Origin: Spirochaetia bacterium
GTDB taxonomy: Bacteria > Spirochaetota > Spirochaetia > DSM-2461
NCBI GenBank assembly: GCA_963668315.1
Contig: OY764216.1
Coordinates: forward strand, 672,001-736,000
Direction: 5' to 3'
DNA length: 64,000 nucleotides
The notes below the pieces were generated by a model. That model saw only the letters and a program-made list of their open reading frames with translations, was not told the DNA's origin and made no database searches. Made by a program: the position numbers and the translations under genes. Of the stretch, positions 48,686 to 58,618 are shown one piece after another. Position 1 is the stretch's first letter, and every line of letters starts with the position of its first letter.

Positions 48686-49686
48686 TTTCCGTAGATCTCC
48701 CTCAAATGTTCCACGCTGAACCGGCAGCGCTGGCTCCTGCCTTCTCCGAACTCCGTCATCTCCATATTGAACACCTTACACTCCGGGGTCGCGTATTTGC
48801 ACCGGGCGGCGAAACGGCATCCGGACGGGGGTTTCTTGAGATTCGGGGGGGTCCCGGGAATGGCGAGGAGTTCATGCTCTCTGGTCCCCGTTTCCGGAAC
48901 GATAATGGAGCCCATAAGCCCCTTTGAATAGGGGTGAACAGGATCAAAAACCATCTCCTTGGCCGATCCCTTTTCCACGATCTGCCCGGCGTACATAACC
49001 ATGATGTCGTCGGTGACATTATAAAGAAGAGGGAGTTCATGGGTAATGAAAATCATCGATTTGATGTAGCCCTTTTCCATGAGCTCCCGGAGCATTTTAA
49101 TGACCATTTTCTGACTGGTTACATCCAGAGCGCTGGAAGGTTCGTCGGCAATAAGGACCTTGGGGGACAGAATGGTGGAGATGGCGATAACCGTTCTTTG
49201 TTTCATACCGCCGGAAAGTTCCACCGAATGCTGATTCAGCACCTTCTCGGGCAGTCCGAGGATTTCAAAACGCTTTTTCGCCATTTCGTAGACTTCAGGC
49301 TTGGTCATTTCCGGCTTGTGAACATTCATCACGTCCTCGATGAAACGGATGATTTTCTGAGTCGGGTTCAGGGCGTTCATGGCGGCCTGGGGAATGTAGG
49401 CGACCTCCTTTCCCAGGATATTCTTGCGGATATCGTCCGGATCCATTTGGGATATATTTTTCCCGTCGATGATGATATCGCCGCTCGTATAGTGGAGAGG
49501 GGGGAAATAATACCCCATGAGGCTCAGAGCCAGGGTGGACTTTCCGCACCCCGATTCTCCGGCTATCCCCAGGGATTTGCCCTCCTCGATTTTCAGAGAG
49601 ACCCCGTCTACGGCATACACATCCTCTTTGAAACGGGTGATATACTTTGTTTTGAGGTTGTTGACCTCTAGAATTGTTTTTCCCAT
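48682..49686 (-). CDS. Opp/Dpp-type ABC ATPase (OppD-like)
   Basis: [31 protein letters not shown]. Confidence 0.93.
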   Translation of the reverse strand: MGKTILEVNNLKTKYITRFKEDVYAVDGVSLKIEEGKSLGIAGESGCGKSTLALSLMGYYFPPLHYTSGDIIIDGKNISQMDPDDIRKNILGKEVAYIPQAAMNALNPTQKIIRFIEDVMNVHKPEMTKPEVYEMAKKRFEILGLPEKVLNQHSVELSGGMKQRTVIAISTILSPKVLIADEPSSALDVTSQKMVIKMLRELMEKGYIKSMIFITHELPLLYNVTDDIMVMYAGQIVEKGSAKEMVFDPVHPYSKGLMGSIIVPETGTREHELLAIPGTPPNLKKPPSGCRFAARCKYATPECKVFNMEMTEFGEGRSQRCRFSVEHLREIYGK

Positions 49687-49695
49687 GATGTCCTC

Positions 49696-50946
49696 CTAAT
49701 CTCTCAATGTGGGGTTAAACACCTGATCGAGACCGGTATTCATCAGGTTCAGAGAAAATGAAATTAAAGCGATAGTCAGAATAACCGGGAAATAGGCCCA
49801 CCAGGAACCGTTCAGATGGGCCGAATAGAGCATGGACCAGTTCATCATCAGTCCCAGGGTGGGAACTTCCGTTGTCTTGGGTCCCAGTCCCAGCATGGAG
49901 AGCTGCGCTTCCGCCAGAATAGCCGAAGAGATCTGAAGGATCAGGGCCATGACCACGTAGGAGGCGATGTAGGGAAGGATATCCGTCAGGATGATGAGAA
50001 CCAGGTTATGGCCGGACAGCTTACTCAGATTAACATGATCCCGGTTTCTCAATGAGATAACCTGCGAACGGACGGCACGGGTTGTCCATACCCAGCGGGT
50101 CACGCCGATGACGATAGCCACCGTCATGGCTCCCCTCTGATCCTGGCCTATGGAATAGGAGATGAGGATAAGGAGTACAAAGGCGGGAATGACCGTGAAA
50201 ATGTTGGTGATGAACATAATGATATCATCGAGAAGTCCCCCGATAAATCCGGCAAGCAAACCCAGTGTGAGCCCGATCAGGGTCGCGATGATTCCCGCCA
50301 CGATACCGATGAGCATGGATGTTTTTATGGCCGAAACAAGTTCTTTCAGAACATCACGGCCGAAGTTATCCGTCCCCAGGGGAAGGCGTTTGACATTTGC
50401 CACATTTTTCAGATTGACGTAATCGGTATCTTCAATCGTTTTGACTTCGGCGAGTTCGCCAGTCTCACCGTCCCGGTTAGCCAGTACTTTCTCCTTGACG
50501 TCTGTAATGCTCTTCAGACTGTTATCCAATCTCGTGAAATAATTGCGCTTTGCCTTGGTAAACCCTTCCAGTCGAAGAGCCGGATCATAATTCTGGGTCC
50601 AGAGGGACAATAGGGCTTCCGTATCATTGATATCTAGGCCTTCTATGGATACGCCGGCTGTTTCGAACCACATGATCATTTCCACCCGGTCTTCCCTCTT
50701 GAGAACGCTGTCCAGACGGTTTGCCTCGGCATTATCCAGTTTGAATATGTTCTTCTCCGAATCCACGGCATCGTATAAGGAGACATAAGTTCCCGGATGG
50801 GCAAATGTCCCTATCGAAACCAGGGCCAGAGGATCGCCCGGATTAAAGAGGGGATAGAAGACCATGAGGAGCATTATTGCCATGAAAATGGCGAAGCCCG
50901 TGGTAAATTTGCCCGTATGGAAAATTTGCTGTAGTAAATGTTTCAT
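49696..50946 (-). CDS. Opp/Dpp-type ABC permease (OppC-like) with large soluble insertion
   Basis: [24 protein letters not shown]; about 130 extra polar residues after TM1. Confidence 0.9.
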   Translation of the reverse strand: MKHLLQQIFHTGKFTTGFAIFMAIMLLMVFYPLFNPGDPLALVSIGTFAHPGTYVSLYDAVDSEKNIFKLDNAEANRLDSVLKREDRVEMIMWFETAGVSIEGLDINDTEALLSLWTQNYDPALRLEGFTKAKRNYFTRLDNSLKSITDVKEKVLANRDGETGELAEVKTIEDTDYVNLKNVANVKRLPLGTDNFGRDVLKELVSAIKTSMLIGIVAGIIATLIGLTLGLLAGFIGGLLDDIIMFITNIFTVIPAFVLLILISYSIGQDQRGAMTVAIVIGVTRWVWTTRAVRSQVISLRNRDHVNLSKLSGHNLVLIILTDILPYIASYVVMALILQISSAILAEAQLSMLGLGPKTTEVPTLGLMMNWSMLYSAHLNGSWWAYFPVILTIALISFSLNLMNTGLDQVFNPTLRD

Positions 50947-50958
50947 CCGTCTCCCCTC

Positions 50959-51966
50959 CTACTCGTCAAACTGCGCCGCTTTCACGCGGGGGTCGACAAA
51001 GGCATAAATAATATCGATGCCGAAGGTGGTGATAAGCACCATGATGGTGATTATTAGCGTGGTTGCCGACAGCAGGGGGTAATCCGCCATGGTGATGGCG
51101 GAAAGCAGGGTCGTCCCCAGCCCGGGATAACTGAAAATGATCTCGGCCACCAGAGCACCGCCGATCATGGTTCCCAGGGCCAGGGCCAGTCCGGTGATCT
51201 GGGGCAGCATGGCGTTTCTGAAAACGTAACCGACGATCTTCCTGTCCTTGATGCCCAGAAAACGGCTGTACTTCACGTAATCCGCGTTAAGCTCATAGAT
51301 GGACATGGCCCTCATGCCTATGGCCTGACCGCCGGTAGCGAAGATAACAATGGACCAGAAGGGCAGCTGATAATGGGAAATGACCGACTTCACGAAGCTC
51401 CAGCTGAAATTGGGAATCATATCGAACCCGTAGCCGCCGGAAGTAGGAGCCAGATCCAGCTTAATAGCGAATAAAACCAATAATATCACAGCCATTCCGA
51501 AAGCGGGAATGCTGCTGAAAAACAGGGCGATGGGCATTATTACCTTATCAAATCCCTTGCGGATATAGGCAGCCAGGGCACCCAGAATATTTCCAATAAA
51601 CCAACCGATGATTATTGCCGGCAACTGTAAGGCGACCGTCCACCAGACAGCGTCGTTTATAATGTCCGAGACTTCCCTCGGATACTGACTGAACGATAAT
51701 CCGAAATCTCCTTTCAAGGCATTTTTAAAATAGGTGAAAAACTGAACATACATCGGGTCATTGACTCCGAATTCCTCTGCATACTGCTCATAAATCTCTT
51801 TGACGGCTGACGCCTCTGACATTCCCTGAGCACTTTTGGCCACGATTACGGCAACCGGGTCACCGGGCATTAAACGGGGCAGAATAAAATTTAATAAAAC
51901 GGCAACTATAAAGGTTATAGTAAACCATAGTATTTTTTTTCCGAAATACTTACGGTATCCGCTCAC
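50959..51966 (-). CDS. Opp/Dpp-type ABC permease (OppB-like)
   Basis: [44 protein letters not shown] with GTG 51966. Confidence 0.92.
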   Translation of the reverse strand: MSGYRKYFGKKILWFTITFIVAVLLNFILPRLMPGDPVAVIVAKSAQGMSEASAVKEIYEQYAEEFGVNDPMYVQFFTYFKNALKGDFGLSFSQYPREVSDIINDAVWWTVALQLPAIIIGWFIGNILGALAAYIRKGFDKVIMPIALFFSSIPAFGMAVILLVLFAIKLDLAPTSGGYGFDMIPNFSWSFVKSVISHYQLPFWSIVIFATGGQAIGMRAMSIYELNADYVKYSRFLGIKDRKIVGYVFRNAMLPQITGLALALGTMIGGALVAEIIFSYPGLGTTLLSAITMADYPLLSATTLIITIMVLITTFGIDIIYAFVDPRVKAAQFDE

Positions 51967-51996
51967 AAAGCACCTCCTGTCGATTTTTTCCATAAA

Positions 51997-52025
51997 CGCC
52001 CTGCCCCCCTAACCGGGGCAGGGCG
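51997..52025. other. Strong intercistronic hairpin after the family-5 SBP gene
   Basis: CGCCCTGCCCC-7 nt-GGGGCAGGGCG (11 bp). Confidence 0.65.
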
Positions 52026-52041
52026 AATAAACAAGTCCTAA

Positions 52042-53877
52042 TTACTTAACTAACGTGATGTTATACAAATCGGCAACACTGTACCCGTGGATCAGATCTC
52101 CCGGGGGAATGTTTTTCCCATCGCCGGATTCGGCGAAGTTCGTCCAGACGGATTCGTTAACAGCATGGAAGCAGTTGGGTCTGTACATAAGGGTGAAAGA
52201 AGGTACGTCGGTAAGATAGATCTTATTGGCTTCCGTATAAAGAGCCTTCAGCTGGGCGGGATCGGTTGTGCCGGGAATGGCAGCAATAATCTCATCAACT
52301 CTGGAGTTGGAATAGTGTCCCCAGTTACCGGACCAGTTACCCTCTATGCCGTTGTACTCGGAGCTCATAAGCTGGCGGACGCGGTTCCAGGGCATGGTGG
52401 GGGAAGAGCCGTCGGACCACATCATCAGGATCTCATACTGGTCCTGCTTGGCGGCGGTTACGACGGTCTGGTATACGGACCATTCGGGGAATTCGGAAAC
52501 GATCTCGATTCCGATCTTATCGCCGGCGGCTGCCACGATTTCGATAGCGGCCATCCAGTCGCTCCAGCCGTTGGGACAGCAGGCGTTGAAGGAAAGCTTC
52601 TTGCCGTTCAGCTCTCTGATCCCGTCTCCGTCGGTATCCTTGATTCCGGCTTTGTCGAGAAGAGCCTTTGCTCCGGCAACATCGTTTCCGGCCCACTGCA
52701 GGGAAGCAACTTCTTTCTGGTTGTAAAGTGACTGCTCACCGGGAGTCGGGTTCATTGTGGAACGGGGAACCTGATCGAAGGTGGGAGACTGGTTTGTCAT
52801 AGCGTTGGCGATAATGGCATCGTAATCAACGGCCATGGCGATGGCTTTTCTGACGTTTACGTTGTCCAGACCGGGAATATCAAGATTGAAGTAACAGGTG
52901 GGCAGGGAACCGGAAACTCCGTAAGGGGCATTTTCCATATAGGTGGAAATGGGAAGATTGTCCCTGAGCCACAGGTTCTGAATATTGGGAATGAACTGCT
53001 GGCAGACATCAACTTCACCTGCTTTAAAAGCAACCTCACCTGCTGCGTTGTCGGCGTAGATCGTATGGACAGCATACTTGGGAGCGGGCAGTTTGCCCCA
53101 CATGGAGGAATCCTTTCCCCAGTATCCTTCGTTTCTGACGAGGACGACTTTCTGGTCATCGGCAAAGTAGGGTCCGTAAGCTCCGGAGTAGGGAACATCT
53201 TCGGCAGCGTCGGTCTTCATTTTCGTGGCATCGCCGCCATTGCGGCTTTCCAGCTTCTGAAGCCAGGCTTTCTGAGCCACATATTCCTGGGCAAGATAGT
53301 TGTCAATCATAAGGGGATTTTTGGCTTTTCCGTTAGACGTAAGAGCTGCTTTAATCACCAGAGTTCTGGCATCTTTCGCTTCCACAGAAGCGATATAGGG
53401 CTTATTGGAATTTCCGGCGGTATTACCCACTTTCAGCGAGGTAGCCCAGGTATAGGCGACATCGTTTGCCGTTACGGGCGTACCGTCACTCCACTTGGCC
53501 GCGCTTTTAATTTTCACGGTAACTTCCGTCCGGGCGGCGTTCCAGACCGGAGCTCCATCAGCCAGGAAGGGAACAAGGGAACCGTCCATGAAGTTGAACA
53601 TGTACAGAGTTTCAAACATGATGCTTCTGGAACCGTATGCCTGTCTGCTTACAGCCATGCCGTTGTTCATATCATCGGAGATCGGGTTCCAGCCGTTGAT
53701 AGAGCCCCACTGGAGTCCGGCCCAGTACAATGTCTGATTTCTGGGGAGGTTTCCGCTGGAGGCGTCTACCACGACTTCCTGATCCTTCGTGCTTTTTCCT
53801 TCATCGCTGTTTCCATTGGCAAATACCAAGGAAAAAGCCATAAGAAAGAACAAAACGAGAACGACTTTCCTTTTCAT
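52042..53877 (-). CDS. Family-5 ABC substrate-binding protein, likely cello-/beta-gluco-oligosaccharide
   Basis: [42 protein letters not shown]. Substrate is inferred from the linked GH3 genes. Confidence 0.88.
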   Translation of the reverse strand: MKRKVVLVLFFLMAFSLVFANGNSDEGKSTKDQEVVVDASSGNLPRNQTLYWAGLQWGSINGWNPISDDMNNGMAVSRQAYGSRSIMFETLYMFNFMDGSLVPFLADGAPVWNAARTEVTVKIKSAAKWSDGTPVTANDVAYTWATSLKVGNTAGNSNKPYIASVEAKDARTLVIKAALTSNGKAKNPLMIDNYLAQEYVAQKAWLQKLESRNGGDATKMKTDAAEDVPYSGAYGPYFADDQKVVLVRNEGYWGKDSSMWGKLPAPKYAVHTIYADNAAGEVAFKAGEVDVCQQFIPNIQNLWLRDNLPISTYMENAPYGVSGSLPTCYFNLDIPGLDNVNVRKAIAMAVDYDAIIANAMTNQSPTFDQVPRSTMNPTPGEQSLYNQKEVASLQWAGNDVAGAKALLDKAGIKDTDGDGIRELNGKKLSFNACCPNGWSDWMAAIEIVAAAGDKIGIEIVSEFPEWSVYQTVVTAAKQDQYEILMMWSDGSSPTMPWNRVRQLMSSEYNGIEGNWSGNWGHYSNSRVDEIIAAIPGTTDPAQLKALYTEANKIYLTDVPSFTLMYRPNCFHAVNESVWTNFAESGDGKNIPPGDLIHGYSVADLYNITLVK

Positions 53878-53904
53878 AAAATACTCCTAAACTTTGATTT
53901 TCAC

Positions 53905-53974
53905 ATAACACAAGCAATATAACCCATGTTATATGACACTTGTATTATTCTATCATAGAAGAAAGAGCTGTCAA
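53905..53974 (-). promoter_or_regulatory. Promoter plus three tandem 14-bp operator-like units
   Basis: Minus strand TTGACA-16-(TGA)TAGAAT; units ATAACACAAGCAAT, ATAACCCATGTTAT, ATGACACTTGTATT at 53905, 53919, 53933. Confidence 0.6.
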
Positions 53975-54009
53975 TGAATTTCTAGCTATTTATAAACCGG
54001 GGAAAATTA

Positions 54010-54651
54010 TTAGATCCAGGGCTCCAGGAGGGATTCCAGGGCGTGGCATAAAATTTCCCTGTAATAATCCTTTCCCGTGGGAAGATGGTGATCCCTGCGA
54101 GCCCTGGTCTGCTTCCCGTCCAGTTCGAGCAGAGGGAGGAAGCCGGTGATCTGCGCCTGAATCACCAGGAGGAATTCGTTAATGTCATCCTTCTCCGTGG
54201 AAGGGTATAGCCCCCGTATCAATCTGTTCAGCCTGTCCATTCCCCTTTTATACGTATCATACCAGAGAGAAAGGGCCTTTTCTCCGGCGTTTTTCTCCAG
54301 GATGGACAGGGAGAGCGAAAGGAGTTCGGGGAGGCGGGGGTTGTTCAGCATGATGTCTACCCAGATATGGGAAAATTCCTTGAGCCCGTAACTCCTCTGG
54401 GGAAAGGCCTCTTCGGTCTTCTCCACCCAGGAGAGAAAATCCTCCGATAGGAGCTGCAGGAACAGATCTTCCCGGCAGGCGTAGTACTTGTACAGATTGG
54501 ACCGGGTGAACGACGCATAACGGGCGATATCGGCCAAAGTCATTTCAGAGAAGGGGCAGGTTTCGTTCAGCGCCAGAGCGGCGTCGCAGATCTCTCTTCT
54601 TCTTATCTCTTTCTGATCATCTCCATTGGCTCTTTTCCAGGTGCGGCTCAT
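54010..54651 (-). CDS. TetR family regulator
   Basis: MTLADIARYASFTRSNLYKYYACREDLFL. Confidence 0.88.
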   Translation of the reverse strand: MSRTWKRANGDDQKEIRRREICDAALALNETCPFSEMTLADIARYASFTRSNLYKYYACREDLFLQLLSEDFLSWVEKTEEAFPQRSYGLKEFSHIWVDIMLNNPRLPELLSLSLSILEKNAGEKALSLWYDTYKRGMDRLNRLIRGLYPSTEKDDINEFLLVIQAQITGFLPLLELDGKQTRARRDHHLPTGKDYYREILCHALESLLEPWI

Positions 54652-54746
54652 CCTTGCGTTTATCCTTTGAATACTTTATCAAATACCATTTAATTGTAAT
54701 ATCGGCGGGAAGGATTTTTCAATAGAAGATCGTAAAGAGATATCGG

Positions 54747-55964
54747 CTATGGCCTGACGGTATTATTGGCATAAGTATCACAACTAGCCCAGTTATTGAG
54801 AGAATTCGTATCTTCGCTTGACTGGATGACCACATAAAATACGTATGAACGGCTTCCATCCGTGATTTCATAGCCATTCTGATCTGAGACCGCGATCGTC
54901 CGGGAGCTTCCTGTTGTCAAGGGAATTTCATACCCGCTGTTGATCAGCGTACCATTATCTTTGATATCACCGATGCTGCTGTAATAGGCCGATGAAACAT
55001 AAAGATACCAGTACAACGGAAACAGTCCCGTATCCGCTCCCTCGTTGGTAAAGGTGCTTTCCAGGGACAGGACGTCTCCAAGATACACATTCCCCGCGGG
55101 AGTACAGGTCACCGACGAACAGGAATAATCCACATCCCTGGGATCGGGCGGCGTAAGGGCCACCGCGACAGAAGCGGTATTGTCGGAGAGGGTCGTTTCG
55201 TATTCGTCGTTGGCGTCCACGGTTACGATAAGATAAAAACTGCCGCCGTCAATGGGCCAGGTTCCCGTAAAGGAAACGGTTGACGCCGCTCCGGGGGCGA
55301 GGGCCGATGCGGACCCCGTATCGATCAGAAGATCTCCGTTTCCCAGAGAACTGTTTTCGGAAATATAGGCGTACCATTCGACATTGTAGTTGCCGGACGT
55401 ATCACCATTGTTCTGAAAAGTGAAATCTCCTGAGAGGGAACTCCCCCCCTGGGTGCTTCCCGTATTGGTGACGGATGTCACCGCATAATCCACCGAAGAG
55501 CCGCTTCCCGTAATCGTATAATAGTCCGAACTGACTCTCCTGTCATTGTAGGAGTACACATCGTCTTCAGCACTCAGGTTTAAAATCAAATAGTACTGCC
55601 CGTCCGTTAACGGCCATGCACCTGAAAAATCCACCGTCTGGGAGACCCCTGCCTTAAGAGGCGAAAGGGTGCCGCCGGTTATATAAAGATCGTCGCCGTT
55701 CAGGGTTTTGTCATAGGAGGAGTAACATTCCCAGGTGATATCCACCGAGCCGTCTTCGCTTCCCCTGTTCGTACAGGTAAAGCTGCCGGTTAAGGGAGCT
55801 CCTGCCGCGGGAGTATCGGTACTGGAAATACTGTCGGGATAATAATCCACATCGGGACGGTTCTCCAGACCGTTCAGGATCTGATCAAAGGTAAACGCTT
55901 CGCCGCAGGCGAGGAGAAAGAATGAGAAACCTAAACATATTCCTATACGCATCAAAGCTTTCAT
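54747..55964 (-). CDS. Lipoprotein with three CARDB/Ig-like repeats
   Basis: Lipobox FLLAC; three repeats starting (D/S)VDY, each with F.N.G, W.(A/C/L)Y.S and L..G.S.T; the first two end WP..G..YLI. Confidence 0.75.
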   Translation of the reverse strand: MKALMRIGICLGFSFFLLACGEAFTFDQILNGLENRPDVDYYPDSISSTDTPAAGAPLTGSFTCTNRGSEDGSVDITWECYSSYDKTLNGDDLYITGGTLSPLKAGVSQTVDFSGAWPLTDGQYYLILNLSAEDDVYSYNDRRVSSDYYTITGSGSSVDYAVTSVTNTGSTQGGSSLSGDFTFQNNGDTSGNYNVEWYAYISENSSLGNGDLLIDTGSASALAPGAASTVSFTGTWPIDGGSFYLIVTVDANDEYETTLSDNTASVAVALTPPDPRDVDYSCSSVTCTPAGNVYLGDVLSLESTFTNEGADTGLFPLYWYLYVSSAYYSSIGDIKDNGTLINSGYEIPLTTGSSRTIAVSDQNGYEITDGSRSYVFYVVIQSSEDTNSLNNWASCDTYANNTVRP

Positions 55965-55966
55965 AA

Positions 55967-57082
55967 CTAAAAATGATACCCCACCCCGAAGGCGGGACAG
56001 AATCCGGAGAGATTCACCGATTCCTCCAGATACAGCATATAATCAACGGTGAGGACGGCCCCCCAGTGCCTGCTGAAATTAACGCCTGTTCCCATGCCCC
56101 CGGACACAAAGGGAATGATTTTGCCCCTGAGATCTTCTTCACCGTCCTCCATCAGCAGCAGACTCCCCCCGAAAACGCCCTCTCCAAAGAGGCGAAATCG
56201 ATCGGAAAGGTGCGGTTCCCATCCCAGGACGGCGCCCATCGAACAGAGGGAAGACCGGGTTTCCCCATTAATTCCTTTGGCCGTGAAGCCGTCATAGTGC
56301 ACAAGGATACCGCCCTCGAGGTAGGAGCGGGGAAGGGCATAGCGATAAAGTCCTTCCAGGGAGAGGGAACGGGCATAGGAAAAATACTCCGCCGACTCAA
56401 AAGTCGATATCAGTGCGCCCCCTTTCAGGGAAATAAGGAAGTCATTGTCCCTCTCTTCCTCTGGTATCATCACCTGATTCTCCTCGGGCGGCCGGGAGAG
56501 GGGAACGTCCTCCGCCCTGCTCTCCCCCGCTTCGCCGCCGGTCTCCTCTGTCATTCCGGCAGCCACGGCGGGTTCGCCGTACTTTTCATAGACCATATTG
56601 AGCTGCGAAGCGAGGTCCCGGGCCTCATCGGTATTCAGATACTCCCTCAGGATAGGGGGGAGCGTCATTCCTGAAACGAGGAATGCCTCTTCGTCAAAGC
56701 GGGAGAAAACGTTTTTTTCCTCGTCTATAAGTGCCTTATCCCAGGTACTGTATGCCCGGATACAAAGATTTTTTTTATCGTCACTATCGATATAGATTAT
56801 CTCAATGACAAAAAAGGCTCCCATGAAAAGGCCGGAGTCGATAACGTTGATAACGGATGAATCATTCTCAATGAAGATGGAGTTGAACCCCCCGTCGTAC
56901 AAATTTCCTGAGACCTGCTTATTAAGAAGGGAAATGAGATCCGGCCGGGGCTCCTTGACATTCATAAGGGATGTACAGACCAGAACATTCGGCTCCCTGG
57001 ATCTATCTTCCTGGAGAAAAAGGGGCTGCAGAACGAGGATGAAGAGGATAAAGGCAAAGGGAAAGACAGAAGGTCTTTTCGT
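55967..57082 (-). CDS. Putative outer-membrane protein with C-terminal beta-barrel and non-canonical (ACG/ATT) start
   Basis: Frame is open upstream of ATG 56965 through a signal peptide KRPSVFPFAFILFILVLQPLFLQE to ACG 57082 / ATT 57085 behind SD GGAGGAG; amphipathic strands end GVGYHF. Confidence 0.65.
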   Translation of the reverse strand, partial: TKRPSVFPFAFILFILVLQPLFLQEDRSREPNVLVCTSLMNVKEPRPDLISLLNKQVSGNLYDGGFNSIFIENDSSVINVIDSGLFMGAFFVIEIIYIDSDDKKNLCIRAYSTWDKALIDEEKNVFSRFDEEAFLVSGMTLPPILREYLNTDEARDLASQLNMVYEKYGEPAVAAGMTEETGGEAGESRAEDVPLSRPPEENQVMIPEEERDNDFLISLKGGALISTFESAEYFSYARSLSLEGLYRYALPRSYLEGGILVHYDGFTAKGINGETRSSLCSMGAVLGWEPHLSDRFRLFGEGVFGGSLLLMEDGEEDLRGKIIPFVSGGMGTGVNFSRHWGAVLTVDYMLYLEESVNLSGFCPAFGVGYHF

Positions 57083-57085
57083 AAT

Positions 57086-58546
57086 TTACTCCTCCGGATC
57101 AAAGATTAATTGATCGCCGATCTCCGGTTTGTACCGCGTATTGAAAAGGGAAAGGATCTTTCCGGCAGGAGGATCGACCGAAGTTATCTCTCCCTGTCCG
57201 ATTTCCAGTCTGTTTCCAGCCCCTTCCTGGCGAATTATCCTGAAGGAAGCTCCCAGGCTTATCTCCGCTCCTTCGGAAAGGGTGATTTCTATCTGATTGA
57301 ACTGAATGGTCCCGATGACTCCGGTCCTCACGGGTATCTGCACTGCGGCCTGTACGGTGTTTTCCCCGGCCGCCTCTTCTTTCTCGGGAATCACGGCCTT
57401 CTCGTCTTCCAGAAGGGAAAAGGCCTTTTCAAGGAGAGGATCGCCTGAGATATAACTCAACAGGTCCTCTCTCGCCGCCAGACGGGATGTGTCGTCAGGA
57501 GAAGATTCAAGGGCCTCGATCAGCGTTTCCAGCCGATTCCTTACATCCGGCTCTTCTACCGGCGCGTCTTCCTCCATCCCGGAAAAATCGGTCTTTCCCA
57601 GCATGAAGCTCCTCATGGAATTCAGGAAATCCAGATCCCGGATCAGAACATCATGGTCAATGGCACGGAAAGGGGTCTCCTCCGGATGGCTCAGCAAAGT
57701 AATAATCTGGTCTATCCGAAAAGCCGCGTCTCCGTACAGCTCTTCCCTCAGCAAGGCCAGGATTCCTTTATACTCTTCCATCAGATAGAGGTTATATATC
57801 TCCTGCCGGTCCTGCTCCTGCTGCTGCTCTTCATTCTCCAGGGAGGAAGTCAGCTGACTGTTCTCCGCCAGAAGATCGTCCCTTTCCTTCAGGCTTACCT
57901 GAAGCTGCTGCTCGCTGTTTGTTCTCTCATCCAGGATGCGGTCAATTTCCAGATTAATTTCCGTGAGGTTCAAACTGTAATTATCCGCCATTTCCGGGGT
58001 AAACTCAGAGATCTGCTCCTCTTCCAGTCGTGACAGTTCTTCTGTGATCCGAGCCTGACTGTACCCCTTTCCCTTCATTTCAGCGGCAGATTTATTCAGG
58101 AAGGTCTCCGTTTCACGCTTCGTCACAATAAGCTGCCTCAGCATGGCCAGTTTCCTGTCGTATTCGGCAATTTGCTCCCGATAGGACAGGATTTCCCTGT
58201 TTTTATCAAGAAGGGCCTGATCGGACTGCTCTTTGAAATACTGGAGGATTCTCCATTCCGAATCATTCGTCATTTCCACGGTCGCCGGATCTATGGTTTC
58301 CCATTGGGAACGGAAGCTCCGGGAATAAAAGAAAAGAATGATGACGGTCAAGAAGATGATTCCCAGAGAGACGAGGAAATAGGCCAGAGCTCCGCTGGGG
58401 ACGTCATCGGAGGTAAAATCCTTTTCCGATGGATTGAAAAAACGGGAGAACTCTCTCTCGACGGAATCAAGGATCTCTTCTCTCTCCTTTGTCGAGATAA
58501 TATTCTCTTCATTTAACATTTCTGATTCGCTGGATAGCACGTCCAT
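57086..58546 (-). CDS. Single-pass membrane protein with long coiled coil and C-terminal beta domain
   Basis: TM LAYFLVSLGIIFLTVIILFFY; E/Q/L-rich heptads; C-terminal strands (FRIIRQ..LEIGQGEITSV..PEIGDQL). Confidence 0.75.
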   Translation of the reverse strand: MDVLSSESEMLNEENIISTKEREEILDSVEREFSRFFNPSEKDFTSDDVPSGALAYFLVSLGIIFLTVIILFFYSRSFRSQWETIDPATVEMTNDSEWRILQYFKEQSDQALLDKNREILSYREQIAEYDRKLAMLRQLIVTKRETETFLNKSAAEMKGKGYSQARITEELSRLEEEQISEFTPEMADNYSLNLTEINLEIDRILDERTNSEQQLQVSLKERDDLLAENSQLTSSLENEEQQQEQDRQEIYNLYLMEEYKGILALLREELYGDAAFRIDQIITLLSHPEETPFRAIDHDVLIRDLDFLNSMRSFMLGKTDFSGMEEDAPVEEPDVRNRLETLIEALESSPDDTSRLAAREDLLSYISGDPLLEKAFSLLEDEKAVIPEKEEAAGENTVQAAVQIPVRTGVIGTIQFNQIEITLSEGAEISLGASFRIIRQEGAGNRLEIGQGEITSVDPPAGKILSLFNTRYKPEIGDQLIFDPEE

Positions 58547-58618
58547 ATAATCTTTATCGAAGTATTTCGTTTATTTTTCCAATTAATATTTCAAGAATAC
58601 ATTAATTAAACCATTAAA

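Noticed and set aside
54700..54707. GCCGATAT sigma28 -10 upstream of the second TetR
   Set aside because: No TAAA at the right spacing; an overlapping TTGAAA-18-TACAAT sigma70 promoter explains the region.
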